A stretch of 64,000 bases of DNA from an uncultured bacterium (GCA_965660855.1 CBFIBM010000009.1:1-64000), one strand, 5' to 3'. Positions 49,386 through 60,667 are shown, counted from the first letter of the stretch. Program-made: numbers and translations. The notes: generated by a model from the sequence alone, not told the origin.

Positions 49386-50636
49386 TTATTGACTCATAGT
49401 ATCAAGGAACTCCGCATTTGACTTCGTTCTTTTCATTCTATCTTGCATGAAATCCATAGCTTCTTCTACTTTCATATCATTTAATAACTTTCGCAAAACC
49501 CACATTCTACCTAACGTTTTACGGTCATGCAATAACTCTTCTTTTCTAGTACCAGAGCGAATAATATCAAAAGCAGGGTAGGTCCTTCTGTCACTTAAAC
49601 GTCTATCAAGCACAAGCTCCATATTTCCCGTACCCTTGAATTCCTCAAAGATTACCTCATCTGCTCTACTACCAGTATCTATCAGAGCTGTTGAGATAAT
49701 AGTCAAGCTACCTGCTTCTTCTGTATTTCTTGCTGCTCCAAAAAATTGTTTTGGCTTCTTTAAGGCATTAAAATCAACACCCCCAGATAAAATTTTTCCA
49801 CTATGAGGTGTTACTGCATTGTGAGCTCTAGCTAAGCGGGTTATGCTATCTAATAAAATAACAACATCATCACCATACTCAACCATTCGTTTTGCTTTTT
49901 GTAAAACCATATCAGCTACTGAAACATGTCTTTCAGGTGGCTCATCAAAAGTAGAACTTATAACTTCTGCATCTACATTCCTTTTCATATCTGTTACTTC
50001 TTCTGGTCTTTCATCAATTAGAAGTACAATTCTTTTTGTTTCAGGATGATTTTTACTAATTGCATTTGCAAGGGTTTGCAATAGTATGGTTTTACCAGTT
50101 TTAGGTTGTGCAACTATTAAACCCCTTTGGCCTTTACCTACCGGAGACATAAGATCCATTATTCTCATAGATAAATCTTTTGGGTCCGTTTCTAAATTGA
50201 ACTTTTCTTCTGGATAAAGAGGTGTAAAATTTCCAAACAATATAATTTTTTTTAGATCTTCAAGTGGCTTATCATTAACTGTAATTACTTTAAGCAACGC
50301 ATAAAATCTCTCTTTTGATTTAGGTGGTCTAATTTGGCCAGATATTAGATGGCCCGTTTTTAAAGAGAACCTTTTAATCTGAGAAGGACTAACATATATA
50401 TCATCAGGACCAGGTAAGTAATTAAAATCAGGTGATCTTAGAAATCCATATCCATCTTGCATAACCTCTAACACACCTCTTGCTGAAAACGCACCCTGCT
50501 TTTTAGCATTTGCTTCTAAAATTTTGACTGTTAACTCTTGTTTATTAAGCCCTGCTACGCCACCTTCAATTTTCATTTTTTGAGCTACTTCAGTTAACTC
50601 TCTAATACCAAGTGATTGTAATTCATTCAAATCCAT
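49386..50636 (-). CDS. rho: Transcription termination factor Rho
   Basis: [55 protein letters not shown]. Confidence 0.98.
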   Translation of the reverse strand: MDLNELQSLGIRELTEVAQKMKIEGGVAGLNKQELTVKILEANAKKQGAFSARGVLEVMQDGYGFLRSPDFNYLPGPDDIYVSPSQIKRFSLKTGHLISGQIRPPKSKERFYALLKVITVNDKPLEDLKKIILFGNFTPLYPEEKFNLETDPKDLSMRIMDLMSPVGKGQRGLIVAQPKTGKTILLQTLANAISKNHPETKRIVLLIDERPEEVTDMKRNVDAEVISSTFDEPPERHVSVADMVLQKAKRMVEYGDDVVILLDSITRLARAHNAVTPHSGKILSGGVDFNALKKPKQFFGAARNTEEAGSLTIISTALIDTGSRADEVIFEEFKGTGNMELVLDRRLSDRRTYPAFDIIRSGTRKEELLHDRKTLGRMWVLRKLLNDMKVEEAMDFMQDRMKRTKSNAEFLDTMSQ

Positions 50637-50714
50637 GTGATTTATACCTATATAATAAATTTGGAAATTTTAAAAATAAGCCCCGTGGAATGTCTGGGAT
50701 TAGTAGAAATTACA

Positions 50715-51977
50715 TTAAATTATTCCACTGTCAAATGATAATTCAAACTCATTATAAACTTCCTTTGCTATATAATGTGTTCCAAAAATTACTCCAATTT
50801 CATTATCATCATTAATTTTTTTTAAATATTTAATGCCCTCCTTAACAGATTTCAAAGGCTTATTTAAAATATTTTTTTGATTCAGTTTTTCTGATAATTC
50901 ATATTTATCTAAAAGTAATTTTTCTCTATCAGTTACCACATAAATAATTGAAAAATTATCCCTTATTATATCAAATATAGGGTCCAAATCCTTATCACCC
51001 TTTAATCCGAAAACCCCAAAAAGATTTTTATCAGAATAGATGTTTTTAAAATAATCTATCATCTTAGATATTCCTGAAAGGTTATGAGCGACATCGTAAA
51101 AAATAGAGGAAGATAATTTTTCAAGTCTTCCAGGCCATTTAATTTTACCAAAACCATTATTAATATTATGAGTTTTAATTTGTGGGTCAATAATTTTTAA
51201 AGATTCAATAGCAACAGATGCATTCTGAGCTTGATGAGCGCCAATTAATGCAGTTCTATAATGTGTATCTTTATAATCAAATTGAGTTCCTAATGGACCA
51301 ATAATTATTTTTTTTGGTGAATTTGTTACTTTTAAAATTGAGCCTTTATTATTGGCCACTCCAGAGATAATCTTATGTACAGAGTTCTCTTGTTTGGAGA
51401 TTACTATTGGAACTCCCTTTTTAATAATCCCTGATTTTTCATAAGCTATTTTTTCAAGTGAATCTCCAAGTATTTCCATATGATCCATTGAGATTGGAGT
51501 TATAACTGAAATTTTTGGATTTATAACATTTGTTGAGTCTAATCGACCACCTAATCCAGTTTCAATAATTGCAATATCTACTTTTTTTTTTTTAAAATAA
51601 TGTAAAGCCATTACAGTTGTTGTTTCAAAAAAAGTCGATTGAATTCTATGAATTGCTTCCCAATTATTATCTAAAAAAAGTTCTATCTCCTTATTCGAGA
51701 TAGGAATACCATTTACTCTTATTCTTTCATTAAAATTAACTAAATGTGGTGATGTATAAAGACCTACTTTTTTACCCATCATCCTTAAAACAGATTCAAT
51801 GTGTGCACTAGTTGAGCCTTTTCCATTTGTACCAGCAAGATGAATAAGGTACATATTATTTTGAGGATTCCCAGTTGAAAACAAAAGCTCTTTTGTATGA
51901 TCTAGCCCTAGTTTTACTCCATGCCTTTCAAGTGCAAATAATGAATTTAAAGTTTTCGAAAAGTTAGAATAATTCAA
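50715..51977 (-). CDS. folC: Folylpolyglutamate synthase / dihydrofolate synthase
   Basis: HLAGTNGKGS, YTSPHL, ETGLGGRLDSTN, WPGRLE, DVAHN. Confidence 0.95.
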   Translation of the reverse strand: MNYSNFSKTLNSLFALERHGVKLGLDHTKELLFSTGNPQNNMYLIHLAGTNGKGSTSAHIESVLRMMGKKVGLYTSPHLVNFNERIRVNGIPISNKEIELFLDNNWEAIHRIQSTFFETTTVMALHYFKKKKVDIAIIETGLGGRLDSTNVINPKISVITPISMDHMEILGDSLEKIAYEKSGIIKKGVPIVISKQENSVHKIISGVANNKGSILKVTNSPKKIIIGPLGTQFDYKDTHYRTALIGAHQAQNASVAIESLKIIDPQIKTHNINNGFGKIKWPGRLEKLSSSIFYDVAHNLSGISKMIDYFKNIYSDKNLFGVFGLKGDKDLDPIFDIIRDNFSIIYVVTDREKLLLDKYELSEKLNQKNILNKPLKSVKEGIKYLKKINDDNEIGVIFGTHYIAKEVYNEFELSFDSGII

Positions 51978-52761
51978 TGTGTCTTGTATTCTTTAGTTTA
52001 ATCCCTAAAAACTTTTCTGCAAGATTATTAAATTCTTTTGGTTCATCAGTAACAAAACAATTAAATGTTCCTTCTTTTTTAATTGTTTTTAATTTATTAA
52101 TCATAATAAAATTTTTTACTTCCTCTGCAATTGCTCTACCAGAATCCACTAAATGAATGTTGTCTCCTAAGTATTTTTTTATAGCTTTTTTTAAAAGCGG
52201 ATAGTGTGTACATCCTAAAATTAGAGTATCTATTGAAGAGTCTTTTATTTGCTCAAGATATAATTCTATTATCTTATTAGGGATTTCTCCAATCACTAAG
52301 CCCTCTTCTACTAATGGAACAAACAATGGGCAGGCAATACTTTTTACATTTGATTTTGGGTTTATTGCTTTAATTTGTTTCTCATATTTCTTTGAGTGTA
52401 TTGTTGCCAAGGTTCCAAGAACGCCGATAGATTTATTTTTTGAAATTTTAAGTGCTTTATTTACACCCGCATTTATAACACCGATTATTGGTATTGGAAA
52501 ATCTCGTTCTAAATTTTTTAGTGCTATTGAAGATACCGTATTACATGCTACAATTATTACTTTACAGTCTTTCCCCTTCAGCCAATTACAAATTTGATTT
52601 GAATATAAATTAATTTTCTCAATGCTTCTATTTCCATAAGGAACCCTCGCTGTATCTCCTACATAAATAAAAGATTCATGTGGAAGTTCCTTAACCAATG
52701 CATCTAGGACAGTTAGACCTCCAAGGCCTGAATCAAAAATACCAATAGGACGATTATCCAA
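51964..52761 (-). CDS. murI: Glutamate racemase
   Basis: GIFDSGLGGLTV, VACNT, LGCTHYP. Confidence 0.97.
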   Translation of the reverse strand: MDNRPIGIFDSGLGGLTVLDALVKELPHESFIYVGDTARVPYGNRSIEKINLYSNQICNWLKGKDCKVIIVACNTVSSIALKNLERDFPIPIIGVINAGVNKALKISKNKSIGVLGTLATIHSKKYEKQIKAINPKSNVKSIACPLFVPLVEEGLVIGEIPNKIIELYLEQIKDSSIDTLILGCTHYPLLKKAIKKYLGDNIHLVDSGRAIAEEVKNFIMINKLKTIKKEGTFNCFVTDEPKEFNNLAEKFLGIKLKNTRHIELF

Positions 52762-52764
52762 AAT

Positions 52765-54237
52765 TTATTCTCCAGCTAATAGCTTTTCCCTTGAAAATTT
52801 AAATTGTTTGATTCCTTCAAACAAAGACTCTGCAATTCTTTGCTTATGACTTGATTGCTTTAATTTTTTTTCTTCTGAAGGATTAGATAAAAAACCAACT
52901 TCTACTAAAACATTTGGCATTGAAGCTCCTATAAGTACATAAAATCCCGCTTGCTTCACTCCTCTATTCGGAGTGTTCAACCTTTTGTCTAATTCCATTT
53001 GTATAATTGAAGCAAGGTCTTCACTCTCTTTCATAAACATACTCTGCGCCATTGTTGCCATGATAAGGGCTTCTCCAGATAAATCTGCGTATTGGTCTTT
53101 AAATTCTTCTAAATTTATTACAGAATTTTCTCTTGAAGCTACTTCAATAGCATCCTCACTTTTACCGGGTCTTAATAAGTAAGTCTCAAACCCTTGAATC
53201 TTTCTATTTTTGTTTGCATTAGCGTGGATACTAACAAATAGCTTTCCATTTGTATCGTTTGCCATTTTTGTTCTATCTAATAACGGCACAAAGACGTCTT
53301 CATCTCGAGTATAAAATACTTTTATACCAGACTTCTCCAATAATTTACCTGTCCGTTTGACGATATCTAAAACAACATCTTTTTCCATAGTTCCGTATTT
53401 TCCTATTGCTCCAGGATCTTTTCCTCCATGACCAGCATCAAGAACAACTGTATCTAAACGCCATCTTTTTTTAACATCATCTATATGCTCAGTTACTTTT
53501 CCTAAAGGAGTTCTTAATGTTATTACTATTTCATTTGGGTCCAAACTTTGATACCACTCATGGCTCAATACTTTTCCTCCTAATTTAAATGCTACTTGTG
53601 CTGTTTTACCAATTTGGTCTGATTCGACCTGTCGCACAACTCCTCGTGTTAAAGCAGTATTAATAGTAAAGGTGTCTACGGTTGCCTCTGCAATTGTTAA
53701 ATAATACCAACCATGCTTATTAATGAATGAACTAATATTTCTTTCTGAGAAAGCTTTTTTAGTTTCTAATTTAATAATGGTTCCGTTTGATTTAGTCTCA
53801 ATGTGAATGCCTGAAATATTAAATTTAATCACATCAATATCTAGTAATTCTTTTTTTACGTCAAAATTAATTCCAGGAAGTAATGTATTTTTTAAAATAC
53901 TCAGAAACCCTTCTGCTGGAACATATAAATCATTAGAATAAACCCTTGCTATCTGAGACATTTGAAATGAATTTTCATCAATTATGATAAAACTACTATT
54001 ACCAGATATTTTTATCTTATGACCGTATATGTAAAGAACTAGCTTTTTCCTTTCTTCATTTTCATAGATTTTTGAAGAAAACGATTTTGCTAAATCCTTA
54101 ATTGATAGATATAGAGGATTAACACCAGAAAGAGTATTAATATCCGATTCAGTTCCATTGCTACGATTAAAAACATGAATTTCTCCAAAAATCACATTAA
54201 AGAAAAATACAAAGAAAATTAATCTGCAAGAATTCAC
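52765..54237 (-). CDS. N-acetylmuramoyl-L-alanine amidase (Amidase_3) with N-terminal AMIN-like region
   Basis: VLDAGHGGKDPGA, FVSIHAN, VLVEVGFLSN; signal peptide. Confidence 0.93.
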   Translation of the reverse strand: MNSCRLIFFVFFFNVIFGEIHVFNRSNGTESDINTLSGVNPLYLSIKDLAKSFSSKIYENEERKKLVLYIYGHKIKISGNSSFIIIDENSFQMSQIARVYSNDLYVPAEGFLSILKNTLLPGINFDVKKELLDIDVIKFNISGIHIETKSNGTIIKLETKKAFSERNISSFINKHGWYYLTIAEATVDTFTINTALTRGVVRQVESDQIGKTAQVAFKLGGKVLSHEWYQSLDPNEIVITLRTPLGKVTEHIDDVKKRWRLDTVVLDAGHGGKDPGAIGKYGTMEKDVVLDIVKRTGKLLEKSGIKVFYTRDEDVFVPLLDRTKMANDTNGKLFVSIHANANKNRKIQGFETYLLRPGKSEDAIEVASRENSVINLEEFKDQYADLSGEALIMATMAQSMFMKESEDLASIIQMELDKRLNTPNRGVKQAGFYVLIGASMPNVLVEVGFLSNPSEEKKLKQSSHKQRIAESLFEGIKQFKFSREKLLAGE

Positions 54238-54289
54238 ATTAAGGTAGGTAATTGATGATTTTTTAAATATAAGTTAAAATTTAGTGAAA

Positions 54290-54324
54290 TAAACTGCGTT
54301 TTTATATTTTAAAAACGCAGTTTA
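54290..54324 (-). terminator. Intrinsic terminator-like hairpin after the small-protein pair
   Basis: 15-bp perfect inverted repeat TAAACTGCGTTTTTA / TAAAAACGCAGTTTA just past the stop at 54331. Confidence 0.75.
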
Positions 54325-54330
54325 CATTTA

Positions 54331-54546
54331 TTACTTTTTCTCATACCAAGTAACAAGTATCATTAGTGCAAGTATTCCAGCAAAACCTGCATCTCCAAAT
54401 TGAGACATAATCCGTCCTAAACCAGCAATGACTCCAAAGAAATCATCAAATAGAACACCTACTATGATACCTATAACTACTAACGTTTTGGCCAGATCAG
54501 TTATCTGTCCAAGCCATTCATTTACTGTTTTCAATCCTTTAAGCAT
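54331..54546 (-). CDS. Small hydrophobic membrane protein (paralog A)
   Basis: 71 aa, GGAGG SD, two hydrophobic segments, FGDAGFAGILALMIL. Confidence 0.8.
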   Translation of the reverse strand: MLKGLKTVNEWLGQITDLAKTLVVIGIIVGVLFDDFFGVIAGLGRIMSQFGDAGFAGILALMILVTWYEKK

Positions 54547-54609
54547 AGTTCCCTCCTGTTTGCAGGAAATAGGTAATTTTTAACACTGTCTTTATTTAGT
54601 ACTGTGCTA

Positions 54610-54819
54610 TTATCCTAAGAAAGATAAAAAAACCAGTAATGCTAGAAGGCCTGCGAAACCACCATCTAAAAACGTATTAACAAGATCTACAATCCCACCT
54701 ATTGGATCAAATCCTGTAGAATAAACAATGTTAACAAAAACAAACAGCACTATTAAAGCTTTAATTACTCCGACTACTCCTGTTGCTGCATTTGATACGG
54801 TTGAGTTGACATCAGCCAT
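54610..54819 (-). CDS. Small hydrophobic membrane protein (paralog B)
   Basis: 69 aa, AAGGAGG SD, FLDGGFAGLLALLVF. Confidence 0.8.
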   Translation of the reverse strand: MADVNSTVSNAATGVVGVIKALIVLFVFVNIVYSTGFDPIGGIVDLVNTFLDGGFAGLLALLVFLSFLG

Positions 54820-54984
54820 GCCGATACCTCCTTGGTTTGGTTCTTTAGGTTTGATTAATGCTTATTACAATAATCAATGTTTCCTCGAAAACATTTTTAA
54901 CTTTAAATATCCTATATGGATTTCGGGTGAAAACTGTTTTCGCTCTTTGAATTTACAAATAAAGGAGATATTAGCAATATTTTT

Positions 54985-56073
54985 TTATGTCTGGTTTTTA
55001 ATTTCGTTTAAAAGATTAACAGTCTCATTAAAAACTTTTTGAGAACTAATCAAAGACATACACTTTTTACAAAGCCTCCAATGATTCCGCTTATGATAAC
55101 AATTTAATTCTGGTTTTACTAATATTGATTTTTTGCTAACAGGAATTGATAATTTAGGATTTTGAGATCCAAATATTGTTATTGATGGGATATTATGAAA
55201 AGCGGCAAGGTGCCCTGCCATTGAATCTAGTCCAATAACTAATTTTTGATTCTTTACCCAATTGCTATAATCCACTAAACTCCCAGAAAAAGTTTTGACA
55301 ATTATCTTCTGACTCTCTAACTTTTTTAAAATTGGAATTGAATCTTTTACTTTGACAACATATATCTTTTCCTTTTTATTTAGCATTTGAATTAAATCAA
55401 TCCAATGTTTATCTGGCCATGCCCTTCTTGAATCACTGGATCCGGGGTGTATAACAATCCCTCCATCAATATTATAATTAATATTCGAACTAGGAATTAT
55501 TATACATCCAATCTTTTCAATTAGCTTATAAGCACGTTCCTGCTGATGATAACTCTTTATTAATAGTTGAGGATCTGTATAAAAATATTTACCGCCAGTA
55601 AATGAATATCCAAAACTTATTTTTGGCTTCGTGAGCCATAAAAAAAAACTATCTCTTATATCTCCTTTAAAACTAAATGCAAGATCTATGTTTTTCCCCC
55701 TGATAACTTTCGAGAAGAAAATTATTTTTGACCACCATTTTTTTAATGACCAATCCCAATTTGTCCATGGTGCATTTATTCCAATAATTGTATCAGCTAA
55801 ATTATGATGAATGGCAAGATTTTCTGCTTGCTTACTAGTTATCAAAATTAGTTCAGCTTTGGGGTACTTCTTTTTTAATGATTTAAGTATTGGTGAAATT
55901 ATAATAACGTCACCAATTCGATGGTATTCATTAACTAAAATCACCTTAACATCAATATCGTTTATTTTATAAGAATATCGAAAAAGATTAAAGACTACAA
56001 AAAATGGATAAATTATAAAACTTATAACATGGCTTATAATTCTGTATTTGAGTGAATATAAATCGTTGTTCAT
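54985..56073 (-). CDS. Glycosyltransferase family 9 (heptosyltransferase-like)
   Basis: RIGDVII, IVIHPGS...RAWP, GLDSMAGHLAA. Confidence 0.88.
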   Translation of the reverse strand: MNNDLYSLKYRIISHVISFIIYPFFVVFNLFRYSYKINDIDVKVILVNEYHRIGDVIIISPILKSLKKKYPKAELILITSKQAENLAIHHNLADTIIGINAPWTNWDWSLKKWWSKIIFFSKVIRGKNIDLAFSFKGDIRDSFFLWLTKPKISFGYSFTGGKYFYTDPQLLIKSYHQQERAYKLIEKIGCIIIPSSNINYNIDGGIVIHPGSSDSRRAWPDKHWIDLIQMLNKKEKIYVVKVKDSIPILKKLESQKIIVKTFSGSLVDYSNWVKNQKLVIGLDSMAGHLAAFHNIPSITIFGSQNPKLSIPVSKKSILVKPELNCYHKRNHWRLCKKCMSLISSQKVFNETVNLLNEIKNQT

Positions 56074-57158
56074 TACTGTAGCCCTAAAAAACCATAATAC
56101 TTATAAAGCTGTTTAGATACATTTTTTATATCATGATATTTTTCTACCCAAGCTTTACCTTTTTTCCCGTATTTGATTATCTTATCTTGATTTTGGACTA
56201 ATTCATATAGTCTATTGTAAAGCGTTTCTGAATTTGCATTTATGAATGGATGATCTGGAATAAAATTATAATATTTTTTATTGATTTCAGTTACAGTACA
56301 TATGCCCATAGATAAAGATTCAACTGAATTCATTCCATAGCCCCAACCTCCTCTGTCACCAACTTGGTCAATAAAAACATCTGCCTTTTTTTTTCTTTCT
56401 AAGGCAATTTTATGAGGAAGCCCTTCAACTAAGTCAAATTCTATTAATCCTAATTTCTCTAATTTTTTGCAATCCCTTATTATAGATTTTGATCCTTTAT
56501 AAAATTGATTTGTTGGCGCATGAACAACCTTTATCTTATCTTTTTTACTATAATTTGGCTTGAACAATTTTGTTTCATATGGTAAAAACAAATAATTTAT
56601 CTTGGGATGTTTTTCAAGAAGATCAACTTCATTCGTAAGGTTGAGACTAGAGACTTGATTTATAAAAGGCATAACACCTCTGCTTCTTAAATCCTCACCA
56701 TGATAGTGACATATAATTTTTTTGTTCCTATTATACAATTCTTTAACAAAAAATTCATTTTTAAGAAAATCAACACCACTTTCAAAATGATATATATCAA
56801 AATTGTATAGATCATAATTTTTAATTGCGCGTAAAATAATTGGTTTCCAAATAAAGTCTTTCAACTGTAAAAATAAATTATCTAAGGAACCTTCAGTTTC
56901 CCAAATTGGAGGGTAGCCTCTTTTCTCTTTAAAATATCCTTCAGAGCCTCGATATCTTTTATAAAAAAAATTTCTCATTTTTGACATATATGGTTTTGTG
57001 AAATTAAATGGAAGATTTAAACTAATATCTTCTTCAAAGTTTTTTGGAGAACGAAAAAATGTTAATGTTCTACACTCGTTACCATTTTCTATATGATTTT
57101 TTTTCCATAGCGTTAGAGTTCCAACAGTGTTTTCTGGTGATATATATAATATTTTCAA
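56073..57158 (-). CDS. Glycosyltransferase (GT-B, GT4-like)
   Basis: HYHGEDLR, VHAPTN..KGS, ADVFIDQ, YGMNSVESLSMG; TTG start. Confidence 0.8.
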   Translation of the reverse strand: MKILYISPENTVGTLTLWKKNHIENGNECRTLTFFRSPKNFEEDISLNLPFNFTKPYMSKMRNFFYKRYRGSEGYFKEKRGYPPIWETEGSLDNLFLQLKDFIWKPIILRAIKNYDLYNFDIYHFESGVDFLKNEFFVKELYNRNKKIICHYHGEDLRSRGVMPFINQVSSLNLTNEVDLLEKHPKINYLFLPYETKLFKPNYSKKDKIKVVHAPTNQFYKGSKSIIRDCKKLEKLGLIEFDLVEGLPHKIALERKKKADVFIDQVGDRGGWGYGMNSVESLSMGICTVTEINKKYYNFIPDHPFINANSETLYNRLYELVQNQDKIIKYGKKGKAWVEKYHDIKNVSKQLYKYYGFLGLQ

Positions 57159-57160
57159 AA

Positions 57161-58255
57161 CTAATTAAAGAGAGAAGTATAAGAATCCTCTATCCTTTCC
57201 CAATTATATTTTGACATAATTAACTCAAGATTTTTATTTATTTTAGAATCAACATTTTCATCATCAATTGATGCCAAAATGCTTTTAGCTAAAGAAGCTG
57301 GATTTGATGGCTGAGACCAATAAATAGTATCCTTAACAAAATACTTAATCGGTCTTAAATCTGAAGATACAATAGCTAAGCCAGATGCCATCATCTCAAA
57401 TAATTTAGTAGGTGTATTATTCTCTGTTAAGGGGGTTTTTCTGAAAGGGATCACCCCAATAGAACTATTTCTTAATATTTCCCATATTTGATCATAAGGG
57501 ATTTGATTTCTGATAATAATATTTTTTTTTAAAGTAGAACTAATTAATGAATTAACTTTAACTTTAAAAGTATTTGTTCTAAATGAACCTATAATAACTA
57601 GTTTTGCTTCTGGATATTCTTCTACTACCTGCTCCATGGCTTGAATAAGGTCTAAAATCCCTCTTTCTGGAGCTAAATGTCCATGGTAAATAATTGAAAT
57701 TGGTTTAATTTTATTTTGCAAATCTTCAAAGATATATTTCTTTTCAGGAAAATTTTCTGAAACTAATTTTTTGATTTTATGATTTGCATACGGTTCTACT
57801 CCTAAACATGGATTTGCTAAAATTATAGTATCTACATATTTCAAATAATACTCTTCTTGTTTCTTCCTGAAAAAAATTGATATTTCTTTTACAAAAAAAT
57901 TTCTTTCAGAAAAAGTTCTATACAAAGAATCCATATCTTCATGGATATCGTAAATTGTCTTAACAGAGGATTTAAACAATTTTGTGAATTTAATTAAAGG
58001 GAGAAGGTTTGTCTCATGAATTTGAAGATAATTTGTTGATTTTTCTTCTATAATCAATTTTTTACACGCCTCTAAAAATCCAGGAAGAAGTAAATCAAAA
58101 TTTTTATGTTTAATAAATTGATCGGTTAAATTAAGTTTACTTGATGACCTGGTAATATACAATATTTCTTTTTTTTTGAATGAAAGTGATTTGATTTGTC
58201 TATGGTATATTCTTTCATCATCAGGATAGTGACTGCTAGAAATTATAATTATCAT
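57161..58255 (-). CDS. Glycosyltransferase family 4
   Basis: HYPDDERIY, IYDIHED, PTKLFEMMASG. Confidence 0.88.
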   Translation of the reverse strand: MIIIISSSHYPDDERIYHRQIKSLSFKKKEILYITRSSSKLNLTDQFIKHKNFDLLLPGFLEACKKLIIEEKSTNYLQIHETNLLPLIKFTKLFKSSVKTIYDIHEDMDSLYRTFSERNFFVKEISIFFRKKQEEYYLKYVDTIILANPCLGVEPYANHKIKKLVSENFPEKKYIFEDLQNKIKPISIIYHGHLAPERGILDLIQAMEQVVEEYPEAKLVIIGSFRTNTFKVKVNSLISSTLKKNIIIRNQIPYDQIWEILRNSSIGVIPFRKTPLTENNTPTKLFEMMASGLAIVSSDLRPIKYFVKDTIYWSQPSNPASLAKSILASIDDENVDSKINKNLELIMSKYNWERIEDSYTSLFN

Positions 58256-58262
58256 TATTGGA

Positions 58263-59696
58263 TTATAATTTAATTAAAGAATTAAATTGTTTTCTAAGTG
58301 CCTTCTGCTCTTTTATCTCCAGTGCAAAAAGATACCATATTGTTGGAAATATAATTGTGAGAAAAATTTTAAAGGTGATACTTTTAACTCCTAAATATGC
58401 AATAAAAAGAAAAAAAACTGGAATGAGAATTGGCACCCAGTTGTAAGAAATAGGGTAAATAAACTGTAATTTAGTATAGATTGCCAAGCTCATTGAAAAG
58501 AAGGCTATTACTACGGAATAAGCAGCTCCAATAATTCCAAAAATTGGAATAAATATTAAACTTGATAAAATCAAAACAAAAGCACCTATAGCTCTAAAAA
58601 CTGGAATCCATTTAGTTTTTTCTTTAATATAAATTCCTGGAAGTTGAATAACATATGTTCCAAAGAAAAAATAACCAATTAAAATTAAGGTTACTATTGG
58701 TTCACACCCCCAAAACTCTTCTCCAATTAAAGTCGTGCCAAAAATCGGAATTCTTATAATTTCAGATATCCATAAACTCACCAAAAAACAAATAAACCCA
58801 ATTAATCCTAGGAATATTGTCGTAATAGTTTTGAATTCATCTCTAGCATTATCAGTTTTACCTCTTTTCAAAAAGTAAGGCGTCCACCCCATATTAAACC
58901 CCATAACTGCCGTGAGTCCAAGCATTCCCATTTTTTTACCAGCTGAGTAAAGACCAACTTCGGACGTACCTAATAGCCATTCTATAATATATCTATCCGA
59001 TAATTCCATTATCATAGTAAAAATTCCAGCTGGGAGAAACGGAATTGAAAAATTAAGTATTTTAAAAAAAATTTTTCTATCAAATAATTTGAATCGTGTT
59101 ATTCTAATAACAATTGGGATGGATAAGAGCGAAACTAGTCCAGATGCAAATATATTTGCTTTAAAAACTCCTTCAACCCCATTGCCATTGTAAACAACGA
59201 AGTAAATATTCAAAACCATAGTGACAGTTACATTTATTAAACTAAAAAATATAAAAGGGATAGCTTTTTCTTCTGATCTAAGAATCAACATTGGAAGGTT
59301 CCAAAAAGAATCTAAAAATAATATAATTATTACAAAAGTCATCCAATCTGGACGATCAACACCAAGGACATAAATTGCGGTTGACTCTCTTGATAAATAT
59401 AAAATTAAGCTAAAAGTTATACTTGTAATTATTTGAGTAATTATAATAACAGAAGTATGTTCTTTTTTTTCTTTTCCATCTTTTTGGACTGAAAATTTCA
59501 TTAAGGCGGTGTCCATTCCATACCTGTATAATATTATTGCAAAACCCATAAATGCATATGCAAGAGAAATTGCTCCATAGGCTTCTTTTGTGAATGTATG
59601 AGTATATAAGGGAAGTAATAAAAAAGTAATTAATCTTGCTAAAACATGACCAAGCCCATAAATAAGGGTTTGTTTTCCTAGGTTTTTAATTGCCAT
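58263..59696 (-). CDS. Oligosaccharide flippase (Wzx/MOP family)
   Basis: About 12-14 TM; FLLLPLYT, SDRYII, VGLYSAG, GIIGAAYS. Confidence 0.88.
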   Translation of the reverse strand: MAIKNLGKQTLIYGLGHVLARLITFLLLPLYTHTFTKEAYGAISLAYAFMGFAIILYRYGMDTALMKFSVQKDGKEKKEHTSVIIITQIITSITFSLILYLSRESTAIYVLGVDRPDWMTFVIIILFLDSFWNLPMLILRSEEKAIPFIFFSLINVTVTMVLNIYFVVYNGNGVEGVFKANIFASGLVSLLSIPIVIRITRFKLFDRKIFFKILNFSIPFLPAGIFTMIMELSDRYIIEWLLGTSEVGLYSAGKKMGMLGLTAVMGFNMGWTPYFLKRGKTDNARDEFKTITTIFLGLIGFICFLVSLWISEIIRIPIFGTTLIGEEFWGCEPIVTLILIGYFFFGTYVIQLPGIYIKEKTKWIPVFRAIGAFVLILSSLIFIPIFGIIGAAYSVVIAFFSMSLAIYTKLQFIYPISYNWVPILIPVFFLFIAYLGVKSITFKIFLTIIFPTIWYLFALEIKEQKALRKQFNSLIKL

Positions 59697-59701
59697 AAAA
59701 T

Positions 59702-60667
59702 TTATAAAGTTATTTCGAACGTATCTCTGAAAATCCCGCTTGATCCAAAATTTTCTTTAAATCTTCCAAGACCCATATTCGGATTTCCATTCACTGTAAA
59801 GATACCAAAATCATATATTTTAAATTTTGACTGTATTGCCCATTCGAACATTTGATAAAATAATAAATTTAGGGGTCTAATATCACTATAGCTCTCGTCA
59901 TGAGTTATGTAAAAAGCTAGTACAACTTGTTTATTAACAATGAAATTAAGTACCCCTGCAACCATTTTTTCTTTATAAAAAGAACTAAATAATCTTATCT
60001 TTTTAGGAAATATCTTATTGAGTCTTTTTAATTCATTTAAGGTGTGGGTTGGGATTACTCCATGTCTAGTTTTTAAATTTTTTTCTAAAATAGAATAAAA
60101 GCTTTCAAAATCATTGCTCTCAACACAAAGGAGGCCTTTACTTTCTCCTTTTTTAATTGCCCTTTTATGGGATGGTCTAAATTTTTCTAAATTTTTATCA
60201 ATATTACTTTCTAAATGTAGAATACTTGTAACCTCTCTTTTTATATAGGAAAACCCATTCTTTAAATAAGAAAATTCTATATAATTAGATAGTCTATATT
60301 GATACAAGTTCGGAGGAGTTGTAACCTGAATAGTATCAAAACTATTTTCGTTACAATATTTTTTTAAAGCTTTAACTAAATTCAAAGCATCTGATATTGA
60401 AAGATCCTCAGGGATGACAAATGAACCCAAGGTTGCACCTGGATGTGAAATAATATATAACTTTTTATTAATTGTTTTTTGAGCAGCAGGAAAAACTGAA
60501 AATAATTTATTCTTCTTATAAAATAACAAACTATGATCTTTAAATCTTGATTTTGGGTGATAACTTAAAAAAGATCTTAAGTGAAAAATTGTTCCATTAT
60601 TTTTTTTTGGAACAAAAGAGTCCCATTCTTTTTTATTTTCACTATTATATCGTAGAACTTCAAACAT
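59702..60667 (-). CDS. GNAT/FemAB-like acyltransferase
   Basis: WDSFV...GTIFHLRSFLSYH, YDFG, GLGRFKENFG. Confidence 0.8.
   Translation of the reverse strand: MFEVLRYNSENKKEWDSFVPKKNNGTIFHLRSFLSYHPKSRFKDHSLLFYKKNKLFSVFPAAQKTINKKLYIISHPGATLGSFVIPEDLSISDALNLVKALKKYCNENSFDTIQVTTPPNLYQYRLSNYIEFSYLKNGFSYIKREVTSILHLESNIDKNLEKFRPSHKRAIKKGESKGLLCVESNDFESFYSILEKNLKTRHGVIPTHTLNELKRLNKIFPKKIRLFSSFYKEKMVAGVLNFIVNKQVVLAFYITHDESYSDIRPLNLLFYQMFEWAIQSKFKIYDFGIFTVNGNPNMGLGRFKENFGSSGIFRDTFEITL

Noticed and set aside
46700..50720. CRISPR array or other cas genes near the Cas6-like gene
   Set aside because: The intergenic gaps are short and hold no repeat-spacer series, and the flanking ORFs are clear housekeeping genes.
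14795..54323. Shared 9-mer ACGCAGTTT in the hairpins at 14795 and 54315
   Set aside because: It is too short and sits at different positions in the two structures, so it is compatible with chance.
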